Shown one piece after another: positions 8,064 through 16,518 of a DNA stretch of 57,004 bases; the first letter of the stretch is position 1, and every line of letters starts with the position of its first letter. Both the position numbers and the translations under genes were made by a program. Below the pieces are notes generated by a model, which made no database searches, had not been told where the DNA came from, and saw nothing but the letters and a program-made list of their open reading frames with translations. The DNA is from Candidatus Aenigmatarchaeota archaeon (GTDB lineage Archaea > Aenigmatarchaeota > Aenigmatarchaeia > QMZP01). The stretch spans positions 1 through 57,004 of the forward strand of contig WAQT01000010.1 in NCBI GenBank assembly GCA_015520105.1, given 5' to 3'.

Positions 8064-8765
8064 TCAGTTCTCCGGCTTCCTTATGAAAATCTCCCTGAAC
8101 ATCTCCTCCTGCCTGCACTTCACCTTGTTCTCGTGGTCGAGGAACACCAGAGGCAGGAAGTTGCTTATTATTTCCTTCCTCTCCCACTTCTCCACCACGC
8201 TGCTGAACTCAACCTCCTGCTTCTTCACTCTCGAGAGGAGGTCGTTTATCTTCCTGTAGAGAAGGGATATCCTCTTTGTTATGTTGTCCTCCTCTATTCT
8301 TATCTTTTTCTTCCTGCTTTCCTTCCTCAGGATTCTTCTTTCCCTTGACCTCAGGGCGCTCCTGAGGGCCTTCACGAGGTCGTCCACCACTATCTTCTTT
8401 CTCGGGTACCTGTTCGGGGGGACGCTTATCGGGTTTATCTCCAGTTCGGAGACGGATTCGTTCTCCTCTTCCTGCTGGGGCTCTTCCACACTGTCAGGGT
8501 CTATGTATTCGCCCTCCACTAGGTCTCCCATGTACTGGAGGTGGTCGGACTTCATCCTCAGGAGGACAGAAGCAATCATCACGTATTTGGCCGGTATCTT
8601 GAAGTCCATCTTCTTGAGCTTGTTTATGTATTCAAGAAAGGCGGTGGACAGGACGTTGAGGTCGAGATTCCACGGATCGAGGCCCTCCCACGCTATCACC
8701 TTGTAGAGCACCTGCTCCCACGTGTATTCCTTTGTGATGAAGTCCAGTATCTTTTCCTCTTCCAT
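8064..8765 (-). CDS. scpA: Segregation and condensation protein A (kleisin)
   Basis: 233 aa with the ScpA pattern ...LDPWNLDLNVL...YINKLKKMDFKIPAKYVMIASVLLRMKS. Confidence 0.75.
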   Translation of the reverse strand: MEEEKILDFITKEYTWEQVLYKVIAWEGLDPWNLDLNVLSTAFLEYINKLKKMDFKIPAKYVMIASVLLRMKSDHLQYMGDLVEGEYIDPDSVEEPQQEEENESVSELEINPISVPPNRYPRKKIVVDDLVKALRSALRSRERRILRKESRKKKIRIEEDNITKRISLLYRKINDLLSRVKKQEVEFSSVVEKWERKEIISNFLPLVFLDHENKVKCRQEEMFREIFIRKPEN

Positions 8766-8805
8766 ATCAATTTCCTCCGGGTGCGGACGTTCGGCCAGCC
8801 TGAAG

Positions 8806-9040
8806 GCCGGAAGCGTGAGCTCCTGTTGTGTTTACCTGCATGTTTTCCGTACACGCTTTGGCGGAAGCGGGTGCCTGCCTGGTCATAACCAACTACATTG
8901 CGGACCAGGATTGCTTTGTGAGCTCCCGTCTTTGTTTTCAAGGGGTTTGGGTCAACAGCCTTTGGAGCACCTTCTCCTGCTCCCAACAGAAGGTGCATCA
9001 AGAGGGAGCTGACCGCTTCCATCCTGCGGCAGCCTCGAAA
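8806..9040. repeat. Intergenic repeat island 1 (modules shared with tRNA introns and island 2)
   Basis: 8830..8859 resembles 12391..12419. 8968..9033 matches 12446..12510 at roughly 94%. 8994..9020 is the exact reverse complement of 26627..26653 inside tRNA-Glu intron 1. Confidence 0.85.
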
Positions 9041-9094
9041 GGCTGTTAAGAACTAATTAATTATAATGGAATCGGGGGTTTATATAGGATTGTG

Positions 9095-9433
9095 TTATTT
9101 GCAGTTCCATACCCATATTGCTGATGCATCTTCTGATGATTTTTCACAGTTGCAATTCGCTTGTTCTGCTATATCTTTGCAAGTAGTTAATTTCTTATTA
9201 CCAGAAGAATATACCATCTCCAGTTTAACATTCTGCAACTGGCTCTTTACAGCGGCGTCATTGCCTGCGGCTGCACATAAAGGCGTAGCTATGCTACTGC
9301 AATATGTTTTTGCTTCTGTAAGCGTGGAGAATCTTGTTATAGTGCTTCCGAAAATGGTGAGTACCACAAGCGCAGCCACCAGAATGACTATGGCTGTCAC
9401 TATTATAACGAGGGTGTGGGACATTCCCTTCAT
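9095..9433 (-). CDS. Class III signal peptide (archaeal type IV pilin-like) protein, Cys-rich C-terminus
   Basis: N-terminus MKGMSHTLVIIVTAIVILVAALVVLTIF, i.e. a short basic leader, Gly, then a hydrophobic helix. Confidence 0.55.
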   Translation of the reverse strand: MKGMSHTLVIIVTAIVILVAALVVLTIFGSTITRFSTLTEAKTYCSSIATPLCAAAGNDAAVKSQLQNVKLEMVYSSGNKKLTTCKDIAEQANCNCEKSSEDASAIWVWNCK

Positions 9434-9603
9434 AATGTTTAATTTATGGTGCCCGGGGTTTATAAAATATGCATGTTTTTCGGGCCTGTCTGATTAACCG
9501 GAGTGAACGCAAACCTCTCCTGAAACACAAAACCGGTACGGAACAGGAATTTCGACCTGAAGATGCTTCAGTCATGTTTATTGATTCTTTCCTGTTTGAG
9601 AAC

Positions 9604-10053
9604 CTATGTCTGGAGTGAATTATTGGACACGCTTGTGTTTTTCACAATCCTTTTTACCCTTATTATGAAATCCCTGAAGTCTTTCATCCTTTTCTCCAGA
9701 ACCTCAAAAACAAGCTCGTCATCGATATGATTGTATCTGTGAACCAGAACGTTCCTGAAACCGCGCATTCCCCTGAGTTTTTTCACAAGAGATTCTGGAA
9801 ACACCCCCTTGCTTTCCAGTTCATCCAGCATATCCTTTTCATCCCCCGGTATGCCGAGCCTCAACCCTGAAACTATCATGCTGCAAATGTCCATAACACA
9901 TTCTATGCTTATATGAAGCAATCTTTCGCACGCCCTTTTCTTTTCCTTTGAATCTGCATATTCTTCATAACTCTTCGGTTTTATCTCCTCAAGTTCCCTG
10001 AGATATCCTTCAAGTTCGTCAATCTTTCCAAGGATTCTTTCCCTGTCAATCAT
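9604..10053 (-). CDS. HEPN-domain (DUF86) protein, putative toxin of a HEPN/MNT pair
   Basis: The R(x4)H-type motif RNVLVHRY lies near the C-terminus. The start ATG at 10053 overlaps the upstream MNT stop by 8 nt (ATGATTGA). Confidence 0.7.
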   Translation of the reverse strand: MIDRERILGKIDELEGYLRELEEIKPKSYEEYADSKEKKRACERLLHISIECVMDICSMIVSGLRLGIPGDEKDMLDELESKGVFPESLVKKLRGMRGFRNVLVHRYNHIDDELVFEVLEKRMKDFRDFIIRVKRIVKNTSVSNNSLQT

Positions 10054-10447
10054 TCTCCACGCTCCCCAGATATTCCTCATAATATTTCCGGAAATACTCG
10101 AAATCCTTTGCTGTTCTAAATGCGATCTCATAAAGCATATCCTCATCCCTCAGGAAGATAATCTTTCCTTCTTTCAGGACCCTTGTCCTTATATAAAGGG
10201 GCAGCAACTCGAATATCTGCACATCAAACCTCTCGCCGAGCATGCCGGAATACTCGATTCTCATATCCAGAAGCCTTTTCCTGTTCAATCCCGGTATGGT
10301 AACAAAACACAAATCTATATCCTCTCCCTTCCCTCGAAGCGAACTTCCGAAAAGAATAACTGCTATCACATTCCTGTCCTTCTCGATTTTCCTTCTCACG
10401 TTTTCCGGAATCAAAACATTCTCTGCTTTCATGCAAAGATTTTGCAT
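10046..10447 (-). CDS. Minimal nucleotidyltransferase (MNT), putative antitoxin
   Basis: Motif VILFGSSLRGKGEDIDLCFV (GSx10-ish DxD of the Pol-beta NTase fold). The start may be 10432. Confidence 0.7.
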   Translation of the reverse strand: MQNLCMKAENVLIPENVRRKIEKDRNVIAVILFGSSLRGKGEDIDLCFVTIPGLNRKRLLDMRIEYSGMLGERFDVQIFELLPLYIRTRVLKEGKIIFLRDEDMLYEIAFRTAKDFEYFRKYYEEYLGSVEND

Positions 10448-10488
10448 TCCTGATTAAAATCTTTTAATTTTTGCCGGAAACTTTTAAC

Positions 10489-11391
10489 ATGATTCCGGAA
10501 AAGCTCAGGAAAGAACTCGAGCACCAGCAGTATCGCATAGTGGGAGGCCATTCCGCTGTGAAGATATGCGAGTGGACGAGGAAGTCCCTGAGGGGAGAGG
10601 GCGTGTGCTACAAGGAGAGGTTCTACGGAATAAGGAGCCATCGCTGCCTCCAGATGACTCCGAACATAACCTGCGACCAGGCGTGCCTGTTCTGCTGGAG
10701 GGTGATAGAGAAGACCAAAGTCTTCTTCTCCAAAGGATGCGACGAGCCGGGCGACATAATAGACGGCTGCATAAGGGAGCAGGCGAAGCTCCTTTCAGGC
10801 TTCGGCGGATTCGAGGGAACGGACAGGAGGAAGTTCGAGGAGGCGAAAAAACCGAACAACGCGGCCATCTCCCTTCTTGGCGAGCCGCTACTCTATCCGA
10901 GGATATCCGAGCTCATAGAGGGGTTTCACAGGAGGGGTTTCACTACGTTTCTCGTAACGAATTCCCAGCATCCCGAGATTCTGGAAAGGATAGCAGAGCC
11001 CACACAGCTTTACATATCAGTGGACGCCCCGGACAGAGAAACGTACAGGCTTCTGGACAGGCCCGCAAAGAGGGACTTCTGGGAGAGGCTTCTGGAGAGC
11101 CTTGATGCAATGAGGGGTTTCTCATGCAGGAGGGTGTTAAGGCTCACTCTCGTGAAGGGATACAACATGAAGAACCCGGAGGGCTACGCGAAGCTTATAG
11201 AGAGGGCGAGCCCGGACTTTGTGGAGCTGAAGGCGTATATGCACATAGGAGAATCCATGAAGAGGCTTCCGAGGGAGGCGATGCCGCTACACGAGGAGGT
11301 CAGGGAGTTCTCCGAGAGGGTTTCCGAGCTTTCCGGCTATCCCATAAAGGACGAGCAGAGGGAGAGCAGGGTGGTTCTTCTCTCAAGGTGA
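10489..11391 (+). CDS. taw1: tRNA 4-demethylwyosine synthase (radical SAM, Taw1/TYW1)
   Basis: QQYRIVGGHSAVKICEWTRKSL...RCLQMTPNITCDQACLFCWR is typical of Taw1. I chose the ATG at 10489 over the TTG at 10471. Confidence 0.75.
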   Translation: MIPEKLRKELEHQQYRIVGGHSAVKICEWTRKSLRGEGVCYKERFYGIRSHRCLQMTPNITCDQACLFCWRVIEKTKVFFSKGCDEPGDIIDGCIREQAKLLSGFGGFEGTDRRKFEEAKKPNNAAISLLGEPLLYPRISELIEGFHRRGFTTFLVTNSQHPEILERIAEPTQLYISVDAPDRETYRLLDRPAKRDFWERLLESLDAMRGFSCRRVLRLTLVKGYNMKNPEGYAKLIERASPDFVELKAYMHIGESMKRLPREAMPLHEEVREFSERVSELSGYPIKDEQRESRVVLLSR

Positions 11392-11913
11392 ATGCTCCGC
11401 GTCTTCTTCGAGAAGCTTCCCCCTCTCCCGAGGAATCACCCTCTTCTTCGCTTCAGGGAAGTCGAAGGAGAGTTCCCTGCTTTCAAAGTATTCATGAAGG
11501 AAGACTGCAAGAGCCGCGACCTCGGAGTGGGGCTGGTTAGTGACAGCGATGTTGTAGTCAGAGAGGGAATAGACTTCCGAAGGAACCTTCTCTCCGCCTA
11601 TTATGACAAGGATGTCTTGGTGCTTCCTGATTTCCCTGATTCTTGTCTGGAGAGGCAGGCCGTACATGGTTAGGTGAACGCTCTTTCCCGGAAATTCCTT
11701 TATAATGTCTTTCCATTTTCTGACATAGCGGACATGGAAACTTCCTCCCCATTCCCTGGACACGGAATTGATCGAGTCCTCGAGGGAGGAGTCCTTCTCG
11801 CCGGAGTATAGAAGCTCGCTCGCGCCGAAGGCCCTCGCAACGAGACCGCAGTGAGTGGATATCCTCTTATCCCTGAACGGCCTGTGGCCGAGCCTTAGAA
11901 CAGTCATTGCCAT
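11383..11913 (-). CDS. trm56: tRNA (cytidine56-2'-O)-methyltransferase (aTrm56, SPOUT)
   Basis: N-terminus VLRLGHRPFRDKRISTHCGLVARAFGA matches the aTrm56 signature. Confidence 0.75.
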   Translation of the reverse strand: MAMTVLRLGHRPFRDKRISTHCGLVARAFGASELLYSGEKDSSLEDSINSVSREWGGSFHVRYVRKWKDIIKEFPGKSVHLTMYGLPLQTRIREIRKHQDILVIIGGEKVPSEVYSLSDYNIAVTNQPHSEVAALAVFLHEYFESRELSFDFPEAKKRVIPRERGKLLEEDAEHSP

Positions 11914-11943
11914 GCATTTATTTTCTCGGAAGGTTTAAAACTG

Positions 11944-12285
11944 TCAGCACGTGGTGTGGATCACTGCCGCGGCCTTCTTTCCTTCCTTCACAAGCCCGTT
12001 GAATATGTCGCACGCATTCTCGGATACATCCATAAAAAACTTCACCCCCTTTGTTTCCGCAAGCTCCCTTGCATCGTCTGTTATTTTAAGTATTCCGGAT
12101 ATCCCTGTTCCTATCACAACGGAGTCCGGGTTTCTCTCCAGAACGCGGACAAGCTCCTCCACTCCGAAAACGTGAGACTTCGGCCGCATGGAGAGAGAGC
12201 CGTCCCAGAACACTACGAGGTCTGAATAGTAGGTCTTTCCGTCCACTGTTATCTCCCCGAACTTCACGGAATCGATGTGAACCAT
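11944..12285 (-). CDS. Mth938-like domain protein (DUF498)
   Basis: 113 aa with F.G...vDGK.Y..DlvV and a VVIGTG core. A TATA-like AATTTAAGA lies about 24 nt upstream on the minus strand. Confidence 0.55.
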   Translation of the reverse strand: MVHIDSVKFGEITVDGKTYYSDLVVFWDGSLSMRPKSHVFGVEELVRVLERNPDSVVIGTGISGILKITDDARELAETKGVKFFMDVSENACDIFNGLVKEGKKAAAVIHTTC

Positions 12286-12339
12286 GTTTTTATTTCCCGG
12301 TAGGTCTTAAATTGTTGGAGGGTTTTCCTCAGTGCTTAG

Positions 12340-12673
12340 AAGAGGCGGATTCGCGAGTTTCCGCTTCCATGTTGCGGAAGCATCCGTTACGTTTACCTGC
12401 ACGTTTTCCGTACACGCTTGTTTCCGTCAGGAAACTCCCTGCCGGCACCTTCTCCTGTTCCCAACAGAAGGTGCATCAAGAGGGAGCTATCGCTTCCATC
12501 CTGCGACAGCGTCTGTTGCGTTTACTTTGCGTATTTTCCGTACACGCTTGTTTCCGTCAGGAAACTCCCTGCCGTCAGGCAGAGGATTGCGGAAGTGTAA
12601 ACTCCCGTAAAAGGGTGTGCGGTAGCGGTGTTTCCGTGAACGCTTTAGCGCGCTTGCCTGCGCTAAAGGGTTC
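12340..12673. repeat. Intergenic repeat island 2 (internal 40-nt duplication plus modules shared with tRNA introns)
   Basis: 12404..12443 is identical to 12534..12573 (40 nt). 12446..12510 matches 8968..9033. 12631..12673 is an inverted copy of the tRNA-Pro intron unit at 5557..5599. Confidence 0.85.
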
Positions 12674-13978
12674 TTACCAGCACACGCCTTCAAAACCATC
12701 GACTTTCTTGGGGTCCAGCGCCCTCCTGCCCTCTATTATCACACTTCCCCTCATCGCGGAGAAATCATCGTCCGTGAGGTCCCTGAACTCCCTCCATTCG
12801 GTCACGACAAGGCAGGCATCCGCTCCCTTCAGGGCCTCTTTCGCGCTTTCTGCGTAGCCTATCTTCGGGAACGCTTTCCGGAAGTTGAACATTGCCTTCG
12901 GGTCGTAGGCGACCACGCCGGCTCCCTGCCGGATAAGTTCGCTCACTATGCGCAGCGCAGGGGATTCCCTGACGTCGTCTGTCTCGGGCTTGAACGCGAG
13001 TCCGAGGACAGCGATTCTCTTTCCCTTGAGGGAACCGATTCTTTTCTTAAGGAGGTCTATCATCCTGTAGGGCTGCCTTGAGTTCACGTTTATCACCTCC
13101 TTCAGAAGGGAGGCGTTGTAGCCGAGCTTCTCTGCCTTGCTCACGAGGGCGAGGACGTCCTTGGGGAAGCATGAGCCTCCAAACCCTATTCCGGCCCTGA
13201 GGAAGTGGGGAGATATCCTGCTGTCCAGACCGACGCCCTTCATAACTTCATAGGCGTCTATCCCGAGCTTCTTGCAGATGTTCCCTATCTCATTCGCATA
13301 GGTTATTTTCATTGCAAGGAATGAGTTTGAGGCGTACTTTATCATCTCCGCCACCTTTAGGGAAGTTCTCAACACAGGGGCCGCAAATCCCCTGTAGAGA
13401 AAGGCGAGCGTCTCTCCGGAACGCGGGTCAAGCTCTCCTATCACTATCCTGTCCGGGTTGAGGAAATCCTCGAGCGCGCTTCCCTCCCTGAGGAACTCTG
13501 GATTCATGCACACGCCGAAACCGGGACCCGCCTTCTTTCCTGAACCCTCCTCGAGGTTCGGAATCACCACCCTCTCAGTGGTTTCTGGCGGGACAGTGGA
13601 CTTGACCGCAACCACATGGTAATGCTCCTTCAGCCTCAGGGCCTTTCCTATTGCCTTTGAGGAATCCTCTATATACCTTAAATCAGTATCTCCGTTCCTC
13701 CTTGACGGCGTCGGGACGCATATGAAGGTTATCTCCGACTCCGAGACAGCGTAATCGAGATTCGTGGTCGCCTCTATATTTCCCTCTCTTCTCAGTTCCT
13801 TGAGCATTTCCCTCAGTCCAGGCTCGTATATCGGGCTCTCTCCGGAGTTTATCCTTTCCACCTTTTCCTTGTCTATGTCCATGAGTATGGTCTTGAATCC
13901 CTTCTTTGAGAAGCCGACTGCTGTGGTTAACCCGACATATCCTGCGCCTATCAGCGATATCCTTACCTGCTTCCTCAT
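12674..13978 (-). CDS. ugd: UDP-glucose 6-dehydrogenase
   Basis: 434 aa with N-terminal GAGYVGL Rossmann motif, catalytic GFGGSCFPKD, and a C-terminal UDP-binding domain. Confidence 0.8.
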   Translation of the reverse strand: MRKQVRISLIGAGYVGLTTAVGFSKKGFKTILMDIDKEKVERINSGESPIYEPGLREMLKELRREGNIEATTNLDYAVSESEITFICVPTPSRRNGDTDLRYIEDSSKAIGKALRLKEHYHVVAVKSTVPPETTERVVIPNLEEGSGKKAGPGFGVCMNPEFLREGSALEDFLNPDRIVIGELDPRSGETLAFLYRGFAAPVLRTSLKVAEMIKYASNSFLAMKITYANEIGNICKKLGIDAYEVMKGVGLDSRISPHFLRAGIGFGGSCFPKDVLALVSKAEKLGYNASLLKEVINVNSRQPYRMIDLLKKRIGSLKGKRIAVLGLAFKPETDDVRESPALRIVSELIRQGAGVVAYDPKAMFNFRKAFPKIGYAESAKEALKGADACLVVTEWREFRDLTDDDFSAMRGSVIIEGRRALDPKKVDGFEGVCW

Positions 13979-14076
13979 AAGCTCTATATTGAGGGGGAAA
14001 TTTTAAATTTGGACGCGTTCTGCGATTTCCTTCTGTGATTTTTATTGAAGAGGATGCAAAATTATACTGTGGTTGT

Positions 14077-14787
14077 ATGAGGGGAGTGACCATTGTCTCT
14101 GCTGTTGCGTTTCTTGCCCTGACCATATCCGTGACAGCCCTTGTCTACCAGATGGGGATGCCGCTCATAGAGAAGATGCAGCAGTCCGCGGCGCTCTCGA
14201 GGATGAGAAGCGCTATGGCGAATGTGGGGGAGAAGATAGAGGAGGTCGCTTCCGAGGGAAGGGGTTCCAGAAGGGTGGTTGACCTTGACTTCTCGCTGGG
14301 AAGGCTCGGCCTCGATGCAGCGAGAAACATGCTTTTCTGGGAGATGAATTCGAAGCACATGCTCATGCTTCCGAGGACAGCAGAATACTTCGGGAGCATG
14401 GTAGTAGGTTCGAATCTCAATGCAAGCGTTTACGAGGCCGGGTACGGAGGAAGCGCTGCCTATGTTCTCGAGAACTCGCACGTCAGGGCTTACATAAGGA
14501 AGATAGGTTCCCCCGGCGGTTTCGAAAGCTACAACATAAGCGATGTTCTCCTTGCCCTCTACCAGAAGGATTCCGGAAAGTGGATTCCCCTCGAGTCCCT
14601 GAACATAACGATAGACGGGAATCCCGACTCCGGCCGGGGGATTGGCTACACTTATGCGGAGAGGACAGGAGACTTGCTTCCGTACGGCCGGGTGGAGGCG
14701 TACATGGAGTCTGGGTACATAAACTACACGGTTGCCTTCACGCTGGAGTCAGGGACGGATTTTCTGAAAGTTGAGGTTGTGGTATAG
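14077..14787 (+). CDS. Pilin-like protein with class III signal peptide
   Basis: From the ATG at 14077: MRGVTIVSAVAFLALTISVTALVY..., followed by a soluble beta-rich region. Confidence 0.5.
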   Translation: MRGVTIVSAVAFLALTISVTALVYQMGMPLIEKMQQSAALSRMRSAMANVGEKIEEVASEGRGSRRVVDLDFSLGRLGLDAARNMLFWEMNSKHMLMLPRTAEYFGSMVVGSNLNASVYEAGYGGSAAYVLENSHVRAYIRKIGSPGGFESYNISDVLLALYQKDSGKWIPLESLNITIDGNPDSGRGIGYTYAERTGDLLPYGRVEAYMESGYINYTVAFTLESGTDFLKVEVVV

Positions 14788-14789
14788 AA

Positions 14790-16091
14790 TCAGGGTGTCA
14801 GGCGTTCGGGGTCCCTTGGAAGGAGTATCGCCTCCCTTATGTTTTTCAGGCCGAGCATGCACTCCACGATCCTGTCGAGCCCCAGACCAGTCCCTCCATG
14901 AGGGGGACATCCGTAGCGGAATATCGCGGCATAGTCTTTCATGGAATCCAGGTCTATCCCCTTCTCCTTTGCCTGCCTCTTCAGGACATCGTAGCGGTGC
15001 TCCCTCTGAGCCCCTGTCGCTATCTCCACCCCGTTCCATATGAGGTCGAATGACTCCGTAACCTTTGGGTTTCCATCAGGCCTCATGTGGTAGAATGGCC
15101 TCTTCTCCCAAGGATAGTGATAGACGAACACAAGCTCCTCTCCATATTTTTCTTTAACCATGCTTCCAAGAAGTTTCTCAGCCTCGGGATCCGGGTCCTC
15201 TCCCTCAGGAATCTTCTTCCCCTTCTTGAATAGGAGCGTTCTCGCCTCCTCAAGGGAGAGTCTCGGTATCTTTTTTGGAACGCGAAGCGAGACTCCCATG
15301 GTCTCGAGCTCCCTCCCGCAGTTCTCTTTGACGTGCTTAACTATGTGCCTGATAAGCCTTTCGTTGACATCCATCACGTCGTTCATATCCCTTATGAAAC
15401 CCATCTCGAAATCTATGCCCGTGAACTCCGTGAGGTGCCTCGTGGTGTGGCTTTTCTCTGCCCTGAACACAGGAGCTATCTCATAGACCTTCTCAAACCC
15501 CGCAGCGACCATCATTTGCTTGTATATCTGCGGGCTCTGGGAGAGGAAGGCCTCGCGGTTGAAATAGACTATGGGAAAAAGCTCCGCCCCGGACTCCACG
15601 CCTGCAACTGTTATCTTCGGCGTGTTTATGTTTATGAATTCCTCGCTGTGAAAGAAGTCCACGCATGCCTTGAAGACATGGGAGCGTATCCTGAATATGG
15701 CGGAATGCTTCGGGTTCCTGAGGTCGAGAAAGCGGTTGTCCAGCCTCTTGTCAAGGCCCGATTCTATCTTCCCCTCTATGTCTATCGGAAGCGGGGTGTT
15801 GGACTTGCTCAGGATTTCTATGCTCTCAGGGATTATCTCGATGCCTCCGGGAGCCTGCTTTGCTTCCTTCACTGTTCCTGCAACTGAGATGCAGTCCTCT
15901 CTTGAGAGGGACTCCACTGTCTTTAGGACGCTGTCCGGGACAGAGCCTTTTTTTGCTGTCACCTGGACATGACCTTCCCTGTCCCTCAGGAGGAAAAATT
16001 TCAGGCCTCCGAGGTCTCTGGAATGGCTCACCCATCCCATGACAAGGGCTTTGCTTCCGGGAGTGAGTCTGGAGGTGTATGTTCTTTTCAT
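14790..16091 (-). CDS. aspS: Aspartyl-tRNA synthetase (archaeal type)
   Basis: 433 aa with an N-terminal OB anticodon-binding domain. Class II motifs are present, including FRAE and GGTGLGLDR. Confidence 0.85.
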   Translation of the reverse strand: MKRTYTSRLTPGSKALVMGWVSHSRDLGGLKFFLLRDREGHVQVTAKKGSVPDSVLKTVESLSREDCISVAGTVKEAKQAPGGIEIIPESIEILSKSNTPLPIDIEGKIESGLDKRLDNRFLDLRNPKHSAIFRIRSHVFKACVDFFHSEEFININTPKITVAGVESGAELFPIVYFNREAFLSQSPQIYKQMMVAAGFEKVYEIAPVFRAEKSHTTRHLTEFTGIDFEMGFIRDMNDVMDVNERLIRHIVKHVKENCGRELETMGVSLRVPKKIPRLSLEEARTLLFKKGKKIPEGEDPDPEAEKLLGSMVKEKYGEELVFVYHYPWEKRPFYHMRPDGNPKVTESFDLIWNGVEIATGAQREHRYDVLKRQAKEKGIDLDSMKDYAAIFRYGCPPHGGTGLGLDRIVECMLGLKNIREAILLPRDPERLTP

Positions 16092-16121
16092 GCTAAATGA
16101 ATTGCGCTGTTGTTTTTAAAA

Positions 16122-16148
16122 ATGGAACCGGCTGGCCGGCGGTTCCAT
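16122..16148. promoter_or_regulatory. Perfect 9-bp-arm inverted repeat between divergent promoters
   Basis: ATGGAACCG-N9-CGGTTCCAT sits between aspS (-) and the OB-fold gene (+), next to the A/T tract TTTTTAAAAA. Confidence 0.35.
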
Positions 16149-16187
16149 GAATTCAACATTTATTAAGCCTGCATCCAATACTGCGGC

Positions 16188-16502
16188 ATGGAGAACCAGA
16201 ACATGAGGAGGATGCCCTCAGTGGAAAAGGCGATAGCGGAGATAAGGCCTGACGACATCAGAGTGGCTGTGACAGGGACCGTGATAGATTTTCAGGAGGG
16301 CTTTATGGTTCTGGACGACGGGACAGGTCAGGCAAGCATATCCGTGGAGGATTCGAAAGGTGTGGAAAGGGGGAAGCTTGTCAGGGTTCTGGGAAGGGTT
16401 ATCCCGACAGAGGGAGGGTTCGAGATACAGGCCGAGGTTGTGCAGGACATGTCCGGACTCGATACGGAGCTTTTAAAAAGAGTGAAGTCAATAATTGTTT
16501 GA
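16188..16502 (+). CDS. OB-fold nucleic-acid-binding protein
   Basis: 104 aa with the pattern V.GTVIDF..GFMVLDDGTG...VRVLGRV, typical of small OB-fold proteins. Confidence 0.45.
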   Translation: MENQNMRRMPSVEKAIAEIRPDDIRVAVTGTVIDFQEGFMVLDDGTGQASISVEDSKGVERGKLVRVLGRVIPTEGGFEIQAEVVQDMSGLDTELLKRVKSIIV

Positions 16503-16518
16503 TGTCTGGAGGTGGGTT

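Noticed and set aside
8806-9040. Islands as complete intron-containing tRNA genes, RNase P RNA or SRP RNA
   Set aside because: I could not find a matching acceptor-stem pair or a T-arm (GGTTCRAAT or a split version) on either strand. I also found no RNase P (GAGGAAAGTCC) or SRP hallmark motifs, and the modules are multi-copy. A split-tRNA fragment remains possible but is unproven.
8828-9049. ORFs in the repeat islands (8722..9012, 8828..9049, 12312..12857, 12332..12610, 12418..12600) sharing peptides such as SQQKVHQEGA
   Set aside because: The shared peptides are translations of the nucleotide repeat modules, one of which also occurs inverted in a tRNA intron. The composition is not protein-like, and 12312..12857 runs antisense into ugd.
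12404-12573. Possible CRISPR array (identical 40-nt units separated by 90 nt)
   Set aside because: There are only two units. The supposed spacer is itself a member of the repeat family (also at 8968..9033). There are no cas genes and no further repeats.
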